Of a DNA stretch of 64,000 nucleotides, positions 26,520 through 35,830 are shown piece by piece. The notes beneath the pieces were generated by a model. The model saw nothing but the letters and a program-made list of their open reading frames with translations, ran no database searches and was not told the DNA's origin. The position numbers and the translations under genes were made by a program. Source of the stretch: Marsupella aquatica (lineage: Eukaryota; Plantae; Marchantiophyta); the NCBI GenBank assembly GCA_973895155.1, contig OZ316893.1:13978545-14042544 (forward strand), written 5' to 3'. Within the stretch, counting starts at the first letter, position 1. Every line of letters starts with the position of its first letter.

Positions 26520-28611
26520 CTGATAAAGCTCCGTCGTGAACTGCATAGGGGGGTCAAGCAATGGAATCCGACTAGATGCCCGGACTCCAACCGCCTTGCC
26601 TCTACGAAGGATAGTGAAGGCCTGTGCACGCTGAAGTGCAATGGACACCCTCTATCTAAAAAAGGATGTGATAACAGAGACTGGTGGATAAGGCCACCGC
26701 TCGACATAATGAACCGCACAGGAGCGCAAAAACTGGTCAAAAGTCGGGTGCAACGCTCCAAAGACCTCCACGGCAAACGGGTAGAAAAGGTCCCCTGGGT
26801 AACGCGTAGCATAAGCCTCCTCCTTGAGGCGAGCAGCCCTCGTGGCAGCATGACCTGGGATGTGGGCAACGGACGCCAAATTGGCTCCACTAGTGGGGTC
26901 AGCAACAACCACATCCCCAAGGGCACGAACACCAGCACAAGAGAAAACCAAATTGGCCCGACGCCTGTCCGGTACTCCATCCCGGGGTGGTAACACATGT
27001 CGTTGCTCCATCATAACATGATACCCAGAATCACGAGCGATGGCGGCTACCACATCCCGGATGTCATCGTGTGTCGCCGTCCGCTCACTACCATGACCAC
27101 ATCGTAGGATATGGATTCCCCCCTATCCAAGGGCGCTCCACAAACACATGTGGGTTGCCCAAGGAGGCATGGGTGGGGAAGACCAAGACGGAGGCGCAAG
27201 GAAGTGGTGAAGACAAAAGAACTCATACGAAAGGGGGCCCACAATGGGCTCGCAGATAACCAAGCCCCCGAACCAACGCCCGAACCGGATAAAAGATGCG
27301 CTCAAACCAAGTCAGAGGGTGTGTCGGAAAGCATGCTAGAAAGGGTGAATCGGTGCATGCGATCAGAGATCACCTGTTGAACTCGGTCGGGACTGTCCAA
27401 AATAACTCCCTCAAAAGTAGGGACCCCGCTCTGCACATCCTCCGGTAATAAGGACCGGGCATGACGAAGCTGGATCTGAAAAGGGAGAGCTCCGTTCTCC
27501 ACTCCCATGACCGAGTCAGAGAGGATAGGCCGAAGGTCCACAATGAAACGTGACGCCAAGGCCGGGGCCACCTGCGCCCAGCTGCCAAGAAATGCACAAG
27601 GAGCAGCAACCACAGCCAAGGACACCCCCAAACCACCTCCCGATGGGGGCAGAGACGCCTGCCTAGCCGCAAAAGAACCATCCTCTCCATCAAGGGCTCC
27701 AGGACCGATGAGGTGACCAAAGACCCGCATCACGGTGGTGTCAAAGGAAGAGAGCAAGGACAAAAACGCTGGGGTGGGGGGGGGACCGTCCGCAGAAGGT
27801 ATGATGGTCGGCGAACAAAACACAAAACCAGAATCAATTAAGAAGGCAATCTGGACATCCCCCAAAGCCACCAGCTGGTCAAGGTGCGCAACATCCTGGT
27901 CCAAGGCAGACTGTAGAAACTCCTGCTCAAAGGCCATCCCCCCAAACGGCACCCCAAGGACCCGAATGCCATCATGTCTAATGGGGATATCAAGAGGGGG
28001 GGAGAATGAGTCCGGGAGAGGAAGACGGGACCAGACCCCACACTTCCTAGGCTGTACTGACAAACCAATAATGGCAAGCTGCTGAACAAAATGGATATAG
28101 GCATCTCCAAGAAGCAAGGCAGGAGCAACAATGTGAGTATTGTCAGCAACAGAGGGGAACAAGCAACCTGGAAAAGCACCAGAAGATGCCCGGATGGCCC
28201 GAAGATGAGCCAAGGCAAACAACGCACCACCAAGGGGATCCCCCTGCCGGGTGCCGGACTCTGACATAATGGTGGAGTATGTCCCAGACGCTAGATGGTC
28301 AGAGTAGACCAAGGGGGCAGGGGTCCCATAAAAAGCCCGAGCAAAAGGGATGAGGGATGCAATCTCCCCCCCAGCATCCCGAAGCTCCTCGAAAGTCACA
28401 TGACGGGAGACAGAGTTGAAGGCATTGGCAACATCCACCTGAATGACCCCCCAATCAGGGTGGAGGTCCAAAACAGCACGCAAGCCATGTACCACGCTCT
28501 CACAACCGCCCGGGGTGGCCACGCCGAACTGGTGGGGGAAGAAGTGTGAAGCAAACGGTGCCCTCATCTGTAAACAAATGCAGCAGCTAACCAGACGATA
28601 CAGGACCTCCC
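26520..28611 (-). pseudogene. CRE-like ORF, C-terminal part: RT core, CCHC finger, restriction-like endonuclease
   Basis: QFGVATPGGCE, QVDVANAFNSVSR, GTRQGDPLG, VADN (YADD position), VLGVPFG, SLPPSGGGLG, CVCG..H..C..THDDIRD, RRANLV..LGDV, KEEAYA, FYPFAVEVFGAL. Frameshifts present. Confidence 0.88.
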
Positions 28612-29032
28612 TGTTGAGCATAGACGACGATCGCAACGGCAAGCCCATGAACCATCCAACGCACAATAGTCGACACAAGAGATACGTGGTTCACCTCCTT
28701 GAGGCTACGTCCACGGGAACACACAAGAGAGCTTTACTGAACTCTAAGCCCGTCGGCTATACCGAGTCTCCACAGTGTAAGCTCTCCCTATCTCTCAAGT
28801 GGCTCCATAACAATGAGCCTTGGTTCTACCTCTCCAAGCACACATGCCTCTTATGATATAGTGTGCAACGTAGTTGTACCTAACCACATAGTTGTACCTA
28901 ATCACGTAGTTGTACCTAACCACATAGTTGTACCTAATCACGTAGTTGTACCTAACCACGTAGTTGTACCAACCCACGTTGTTGTACCAACCACGTCATA
29001 CCTAACCTAGACGTAAGAGTAAATACCCAACA
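28612..29032 (-). repeat. 3' LTR of copia-1 (421 bp, 7 units of the 18-bp repeat)
   Basis: TGTTGAGCATAG...ATACCCAACA. Adjacent PPT (reverse complement GTCAAGGGGAAGAT) at 29033-29046. Confidence 0.97.
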
Positions 29033-29223
29033 ATCTTCCCCTTGACTCTGGTCTAGGGGAGAGTAATACTGCCAATGTATATGATCCCTCAGCGGGAAGT
29101 TCTGGACAGAAACCAAACCGGTTTCCCTCTCTAACTAGAGCAAACCAGAACTAAGCCGTAGCCTAATACATAGGAATGAGGAAGAGCATATATCAGTAAT
29201 TACAATGAATGTTTAAGAAAACT

Positions 29224-32200
29224 CTACTTGTGATGCAATTGCAAAACCTGCAATACGTCACGGTGTCTAGAGAAACTCTCCAAAGGAATCACTTTGGTAA
29301 ATGCGTCAGCCGGGTTGAGTTTACCATCAATCTTGACTAGCTCAAACAATTTATCAGACACAGCCTGCCTGATAAAATGGTACCTGACGTCAATGTGCTT
29401 CACTCTGCTGTCCATCACCTGGTTCACAGCAAGGTGGAGCGCACTTTGACTATCACAATGGAGCTTCACATTCCCCTGTGGCAATCCCATTTCAGTGATA
29501 AGTCTATCCAACCAAATCGCTTCCTTTGCTGCTTCCGCAGCTGCAACATACTCCGCTTCTGTAGTAGACTGAGCAATACACTTCTGCAAAGTAGACCTCC
29601 AACTTATGCATCCACCGCCAAGTGTGAACACGTATCCTGTTGTTGATCTCCTTCGGTCCAAATCTTGTCCATAGTCAGAATCTACATAGCCAATCAATGA
29701 TCTAGCATTCTTTGTATTCGCATCAAATAAAAGACCATGATCCACGGTACCCTTCAAGTACCTGATAATCCACTTCACTGCTTCCCAGTGTACCTTCCCT
29801 GGATTCGACATGTACCTGCTCACCTTGCCCATAGCCATGGCAAGATCAGGTCTAGTGCAAGTCATCAAATACATGAGACTCCCCACTGCCTTGTCATATG
29901 GAACCTTTGACATCAACCCCTTCTCTGTGTCATCCGTAGGACAGAACGCTGATGATAACTTGAAGTGTGGAGCCAACGGGGTACTTACTGGCTTGCTATT
30001 CTCCATGTTGAACCTTGCAATTACCTTCCTCGCATAACTGCTCTGCGTCAACCATAGCTTGCCAGCCTCCAAGTCCCTAGTGATCTCCATACCCAAAATC
30101 CTCTTAGCTGGCCCTAAGTCCTTCATCTTAAACTCTGCACTAAGCAGTGCCTTGAGCTTAACAATCTCAGACCTATCCTTGGCTGCAATTAGCATGTCAT
30201 CCACATAAAGTACTAAAACAATGAACCCAAAGACAACATTCTTCACCGGTTTCAAATACACACAAGGGTCAAATACACTTCTGTGAAAACCTTGTGACCG
30301 AATCCAATCGTCAAACCGCTTGTTCCACTGTCTTGGTGACTGCTTCAACCCATACAAGGATTTCAGCAATCTGCAAACCAATTCCTCCTGTCCTCTCTTC
30401 ACAAAACCTAGCGGTTGTCTCATGAAGATCACCTCTTCCAATGTGCCATAGAGGAAAGCTGTGACAACATCCATCTGATCTAGGAGCAGACCAAACATTA
30501 CAACAAGTACACACAATAGTCGTATTGTAGAGTACTTAGCAACTGGTGAGAAGACCTCATTGTAATCCACACCTTTCTCTTGTGTGAATCCCTTTGCTAC
30601 CAATCTAGCCTTGTAGACCTTCGATCCACCTCCTATGGAATTATCCTTCAGCTTGTAAATCCACTTGCTGTCCACCACTTGCTGACCCTTAGGCAGCTTA
30701 ACAAGCTCCCAAGTTTTGTTGTCCTTTAGTGACTGCATCTCTGTTTGCATTGCTGCAGTCCACTTTTGCTTCTCCTTTGAAGCACTTGCCTCATGAAATG
30801 AAGAAGGTTCTCCTTCTTCCAAAATTAACGCATCACCCTCATCATCAGCTGTAAAATCATCCTCTTGCAGTTGAGATGAATCAACCCACTGTCCATACCT
30901 TGATGGAGCGCGTACAGTGCGACCAGATGTTCTTCTAGCCGATGACTCCGGTTGATCTGCGTGTGCTGGTACAATTTGAAGCTCAACAGCATCCACTTGC
31001 TGCTCACCAGCATCAACAAACTCCTCTGGTTCCTCTGGCACAGGAACCAGCTCCATAATTGGAGCAACTCCTTCTCTCCGGTCATGCACCTCATAACCAA
31101 TCTCCCCCTCAACGAGATCCGGGATAGGAGATTTTCTTTTGTCAGTACGGGAGACCTGAGTATTCTCCCCCTCCTTCAATAATCTGGATTCATTGAAGGA
31201 AACATCCCTACTGACAACGAGCTTACAGGCAATAGGATCCCATAGCCTATAGGCTTTCACACCACTCTGGTACCCAAGAAAAACACATTTCCTGGAGGTA
31301 GGATCCAACTTGGTCCTATTCTGCTTTGGTGTGAGAGCATATGCATCACTTCCAAAAATTACCAAGCCATGATAGTCTGCTTGCCGCTTATAGCGCATCT
31401 CAAACGGCGTTTTGAAATTGATAGCACTAGAAGGAGAAAGATTTACCAAATAAGCTGCGGTATTGACAGCTTCTGCCCAAAATTCTTGTGGTAAACCTGA
31501 TTGGCTCAACATACTCCGTGACCGCTCCAACAGTGTCCGATTGAGCCTCTCAGCGACACCATTCTGCTGCGGAGTATAAACTGTGGTGAGATGGCGAGTT
31601 ATCCCCTGTTCTGAACAGTACTCTTCAAATTCCATTGAAGTGTACTCCCCGCCGTTGTCTGACCTCAAACTCTTCACCCTTGTATCCAAACACTTGATCG
31701 TGTTTCCAGTCTGATTCTCCACCTGGGCCTTCCATTTCTTAAAAATGGACAAGACATCAGACTTATGCGTCATGAAATAAATCCACACAAATCTTGAGTA
31801 ATCATCAATAAATGATACATAGTACAACTTTCCAGAGTGTGAGGGAGTCGGGGATGGACCCCACACGTCACTATGTATGTACTCAAGAACCGCTTTGGAA
31901 CGATGAGTTCCAACACCAAAAGCACGACGATGCTGCTTTCCAAGAATGCAATGCTCACAAAACTCTAATTTACAAGATTGCAAATCAGAAATGAGTCCAT
32001 TCTTCCGTAAGATAGCCAAACCCTTCTCACTCATGTGGCCTAGCCGTGAATGCCACAGTTGAGTCATCTCCTCGTGAGACTTGGTTACATTGGCCTCTCC
32101 ACATACAGTATTGCCCTGTAACACATACAAATTCTTTTGTCTACTCCCCTTCAAAATCACTGTCTCTCCCGACCTGACTTGAAGTTCACCATCAATAACG

Positions 32201-32496
32201 CTCCATTGATGACCATTTGAATCCAACACACCGAGTGAAATCAGATTCTTACGCATGCCAGGTACATACCTGACTCCGGACACTGTGCGCACAGCGCCAT
32301 CAAACATTTGAATCTTCACAAACCCAATTCCCTCAATTTGACAGGAGTGATCATTTCCCATCAGAACTGAACCGTTTGAAATAGAGTAAGAACTGAAAAA
32401 CTCACGAATGTAACAAATATGAAAAGAGCAAGCACAATCAAGAATCCACACATCATCTGCTCTCCTAGATGACGTGCACAGGGCATACCCTCGGCT
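29224..32496 (-). CDS. pol: Copia-1 Pol (protease, GAG-pre-integrase, integrase, RT, RNase H); in frame with gag after a UGA
   Basis: WILDCACSFH, WHSRLGHMSEKG, CEHC, HSDVWGP, LRSDNGGEY, QQNGVAERLNRTL, YKARLVAKGF, LYVDDML, GYVDSDY, KHIDVRYHFIR. Open for more than 1075 codons. Confidence 0.96.
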   Translation of the reverse strand, partial: SRGYALCTSSRRADDVWILDCACSFHICYIREFFSSYSISNGSVLMGNDHSCQIEGIGFVKIQMFDGAVRTVSGVRYVPGMRKNLISLGVLDSNGHQWSVIDGELQVRSGETVILKGSRQKNLYVLQGNTVCGEANVTKSHEEMTQLWHSRLGHMSEKGLAILRKNGLISDLQSCKLEFCEHCILGKQHRRAFGVGTHRSKAVLEYIHSDVWGPSPTPSHSGKLYYVSFIDDYSRFVWIYFMTHKSDVLSIFKKWKAQVENQTGNTIKCLDTRVKSLRSDNGGEYTSMEFEEYCSEQGITRHLTTVYTPQQNGVAERLNRTLLERSRSMLSQSGLPQEFWAEAVNTAAYLVNLSPSSAINFKTPFEMRYKRQADYHGLVIFGSDAYALTPKQNRTKLDPTSRKCVFLGYQSGVKAYRLWDPIACKLVVSRDVSFNESRLLKEGENTQVSRTDKRKSPIPDLVEGEIGYEVHDRREGVAPIMELVPVPEEPEEFVDAGEQQVDAVELQIVPAHADQPESSARRTSGRTVRAPSRYGQWVDSSQLQEDDFTADDEGDALILEEGEPSSFHEASASKEKQKWTAAMQTEMQSLKDNKTWELVKLPKGQQVVDSKWIYKLKDNSIGGGSKVYKARLVAKGFTQEKGVDYNEVFSPVAKYSTIRLLCVLVVMFGLLLDQMDVVTAFLYGTLEEVIFMRQPLGFVKRGQEELVCRLLKSLYGLKQSPRQWNKRFDDWIRSQGFHRSVFDPCVYLKPVKNVVFGFIVLVLYVDDMLIAAKDRSEIVKLKALLSAEFKMKDLGPAKRILGMEITRDLEAGKLWLTQSSYARKVIARFNMENSKPVSTPLAPHFKLSSAFCPTDDTEKGLMSKVPYDKAVGSLMYLMTCTRPDLAMAMGKVSRYMSNPGKVHWEAVKWIIRYLKGTVDHGLLFDANTKNARSLIGYVDSDYGQDLDRRRSTTGYVFTLGGGCISWRSTLQKCIAQSTTEAEYVAAAEAAKEAIWLDRLITEMGLPQGNVKLHCDSQSALHLAVNQVMDSRVKHIDVRYHFIRQAVSDKLFELVKIDGKLNPADAFTKVIPLESFSRHRDVLQVLQLHHK

Positions 32497-33531
32497 TCAT
32501 AAAACATACTCATCATTGAGTAAATCAGCTTCTCCATCAGCCCTAGCCACATTTGCCGATGAAGTTTCCGCTGCCTTTCCCTTACAGTCTCGCTTGAAGT
32601 GTCCAACTTGGTTGCACTTCCAACATGTCACCTGCCTCCTCTGAGGGGATTTACCCTTGGACTTAGATCTGGATTTAGATCTAAACTGGGTTCTACGGTC
32701 CCCAGTTGGTCGCTGCATACTCCTCCCACGGTTAACATTGAGGGCAGCACCAGATGATGAAGGCTGTGACGTGATGTGCATCTTCTGCTGAAGATCATCA
32801 CTAAGCAGAGAACTTACCACGTCATTGTATGAAATGGTATCCCTATCACGATGCAACAACACTCGTGATAGGGACTGGTAAGATGGAGGCAATGAACTAA
32901 GAAGCTGCAGAGCCTTCGTCTCATCATTCAAAGTCTCCCCAAGGTTTTCCAAGTCAACGACCATGTCGTTGAAAGCATCCACATGGTCTTGCAACTTCGT
33001 ACCAGATTCCTTCATCCTGAAACTCATCAGTTTGTAGGAAGTGTAGAGCCGGTTCGACAACTCCTTGCGGTGATACTTGCTCTGCAATTCCGCAAATAAG
33101 GACATGCAATCCTTATGTGCACCCAACTGCTTGATGATGGGAGGCATGAGATAGAGTGTAACACACCACACTCCCTGCTCCTGCATGCGGTCCCATTGTT
33201 TCTCATCAACATCGTCTTCACGAGGGCTCAGCAGTTGGCCCATCCCTGACGCATAAAGCACTCCCTTCACCTGCTTCTCCCATAGCAAGTAGTCAGAGCG
33301 CCCATCATACTTTGTCACTTCATACTTGGGTCCCCCAAGCTTGAAAGTCCCCATCTTCTTCTTTACCGTGAGCTCCGGTAGTAGTACTGCTTCCTCCACC
33401 ACACGCCGCACCGGTGATGGTATCGGTGTCACGTGCTCTTCCTCCTGCTCCTCTCTCTGCCCCTGAAACCTCCGCGGTGACCCTCGTGCTTCAAGTTCCA
33501 CGTCTTCGAAAAACTCCTCCGAATCACTCAT
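32497..33531 (-). CDS. gag: Copia-1 Gag (344 aa, CCHC knuckle)
   Basis: KYEVTKYDGRSDYLLWEKQV, LLSSLPPSY, CWKCNQVGHFKRDC. Ends in TGA at 32497-32499. Confidence 0.95.
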   Translation of the reverse strand: MSDSEEFFEDVELEARGSPRRFQGQREEQEEEHVTPIPSPVRRVVEEAVLLPELTVKKKMGTFKLGGPKYEVTKYDGRSDYLLWEKQVKGVLYASGMGQLLSPREDDVDEKQWDRMQEQGVWCVTLYLMPPIIKQLGAHKDCMSLFAELQSKYHRKELSNRLYTSYKLMSFRMKESGTKLQDHVDAFNDMVVDLENLGETLNDETKALQLLSSLPPSYQSLSRVLLHRDRDTISYNDVVSSLLSDDLQQKMHITSQPSSSGAALNVNRGRSMQRPTGDRRTQFRSKSRSKSKGKSPQRRQVTCWKCNQVGHFKRDCKGKAAETSSANVARADGEADLLNDEYVL

Positions 33532-34671
33532 ATGAGAAAGTCACAAAAAATGTTGTTTTTCACAACTTCTCAAAAAACTCGAAACTCAACACCGCCGCGT
33601 AGCCCACAAAGCTAGGAGTCCAATACTGAAAACCGAAATCAAAATCGAAATTTGACGGAAAAGTTATTCAAATTTCGGTCGAGGTGGGTAAAACCTTGGG
33701 AAACTCCCCCGTTTTGACCACCTCAGGGAATAACCGAAATACCAAGTACAACCCGTTGTCGGAATTGCGATGTGATTGGTGCGCTGCATTGCCAACTTCA
33801 ATGGCTACGACCTCGCCGAAAAATAACCAAAAAAGTTACCGTTCGGCGGATGAAATCTTTGTCGGACGGTCAAAAAATAGCTCTCTGGTTTTTTGGAATA
33901 TTCTATGACCCTTGTACAGGCCCTGTGGGAATTTTGGAAGAACAATCGAGGGGCTGACATGTGTCCTCGAACCCCCAAAACCCCCTACCACCCTTCGTCG
34001 TCGAAATCTGGTCGCGCGCGCAGAAAATACACACGGCAGAATGTACCCCTCGACACCAAACGCAAGATATCTCACTCGGGTTTTGACTAAATCAAGATCC
34101 GATTTCAGATTTGGAAACTAGACTCCGAGGCGATGAAGATCGATATAAGAAGCACCCAAAACGAGGAAAGAACGAGGGAGAAAAAAATTGGTAAAGATGA
34201 CAGATTTCTCTCAATTGCCATAGCCAATTTCGAATCAGTTTTTCAAAGAGAAAAAAATGGTACCTTGTCAACAACGAATGTTGATCAATTGCACTTGGTG
34301 TCGTCACCAAGTCCAACAAGGTAATTGATTTTGCTTAGCCTTCCTCTTTGCATCAAAGAGCCAATCCCGGACTCAAAAACAATCGTCTTGCCTCAATCTC
34401 TCCGTTGAGTCAAAACACTTGACGCTTCTCCCTCCGAGTCGATTGCCAACTTTCTTCACAAAATCCAGAACGACGAAAACTTAGATCTCTCTGCACCACG
34501 AGCTCCGTTCAACGATTTCTTCACACCGTTAGAAAGCTCTTGCCCTGATCTATCCGTTGAGCCCATAAACTCCAAGTTCCATGCGATGGAACTCTGGAAA
34601 ATCCACCAACACTCAACGCTGGAAAAACCGTCATGAAATCCCGTCACGAACACACGTCACCTCCCAAGCAT

Positions 34672-34683
34672 GCTCTGATACCA
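34672..34683 (-). promoter_or_regulatory. Primer-binding site (initiator tRNA-Met) of copia-1
   Basis: TGGTATCAGAGC on the minus strand, 2 nt inside the 5' LTR. Confidence 0.95.
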
Positions 34684-34685
34684 AT

Positions 34686-35142
34686 TGTTGAGCATAGACG
34701 ACGATCGCAACGGCAAGCCCATGAACCATCCAACGCACAATAGTCGACACAAGAGATACGTGGTTCACCTCCTTGAGGCTACGTCCACGGGAACACACAA
34801 GAGAGCTTTACTGAACTCTAAGCCCGTCGGCTATACCGAGTCTCCACAGTGTAAGCTCTCCCTATCTCTCAAGTGGCTCCATAACAATGAGCCTTGGTTC
34901 TACCTCTCCAAGCACACATGCCTCTTATGATATAGTGTGCAACTTAGTTGTACCTAACCACATAGTTGTACCTAATCACGTAGTTGTACCTAACCACATA
35001 GTTGTACCTAATCACGTAGTTGTACCTAACCACATAGTTGTACCTAATCACGTAGTTGTACCTAACCACGTAGTTGTACCAACCCACGTTGTTGTACCAA
35101 CCACGTCATACCTAACCTAGACGTAAGAGTAAATACCCAACA
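34686..35142 (-). repeat. 5' LTR of copia-1 (457 bp, 9 units of the 18-bp repeat)
   Basis: Identical by eye to the 3' LTR except for one substitution and 36 extra bp in the repeat array (34944-35104). Confidence 0.97.
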
Positions 35143-35830
35143 CTCCCCAATGGCCAGGGGTCGAACACCACCCGTCTCCTTGGCCAAAGCCATGAGCCGA
35201 CACGCCCCCAAGAGCCGAGCGACAACAGGCGGAATGCAGCCACCTGTAACATGAGCACACACCTGGAACAACTCCTGGAAACCTGACGCCGAGTCATCGG
35301 GGGAGAAGCAGTCCCTGAGGTGCTCAAACCTCATCCTAGAGATGCCCCAAGCGGAAAGACGGGGCAAATGAAGGAAGACAGAGGAAAAAATCTCGCGAGA
35401 AAGGGAGAACTCAACCTCTGGAGAGAAGCTCCCAATGAAACCTGGAACCGCGCAAGAAGCCGGGGGATGAAGGGACCAAAGGGCCGCAACCGTCTCGACC
35501 GAAGGAGGAGAGGGGGAAAGGGGAACCAAGGAACGTGCGGCCTGAGAAAACTCCCCCTCCTGTCCCAACGAAAGGCATCGGCGAAGGCGGCGCTGGACAG
35601 GAGGGACCAGAGGTTCCTCCTCAAACTCCCTAGAGGCCAACGCAAGAAGCCGGTGATAGAACTCCTCCTGAAGCAAAATCCAGTCCCCCGACAAAAACCG
35701 TTGCAACCTAGCAATGGTCTCCCTATGCCCGTTGCAACCTGGCAATGGTCTCCCTATGCACAGAGGAGGAGGAAGCACGAAGAGCGGGACATGAGCGACG
35801 ATGGCGAGTCAGACCAGATGGTTGGTACCA
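35143..35830 (-). pseudogene. CRE-like ORF, N-terminal part
   Basis: RLQRFLSGDW, GEFSQAARSL, MRFEHLRD, RLMALAKETGGVRPLAIGE. Joins in frame to VLYRLVS at 28606 once the copia and one TSD are removed. A 31-bp tandem duplication at ~35698-35759 shifts the frame. Confidence 0.85.

Larger units (their letters stand above)
28612..35142 (-). mobile_element. Intact, recent Ty1/copia LTR retrotransposon (Tork/Tnt1-like)
   Basis: TG..CA LTRs, 5-bp TSD CTCCC (28607-28611 and 35143-35147), PBS, PPT, uninterrupted gag and pol in PR-INT-RT-RH order. Confidence 0.98.

Noticed and set aside
28870-28994. Regular repeat array as a CRISPR, or as repeat-peptide ORFs (VVPNHI / YNYVVR)
   Set aside because: No unique spacers, eukaryotic context; it is a tandem repeat inside an LTR and the ORFs are by-products.
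33684-33908. Antisense ORF MGKTLGNSPVLTTS shared with 61276-61608
   Set aside because: GTG start and different lengths; explained by nucleotide conservation of the leader. No evidence of coding constraint.
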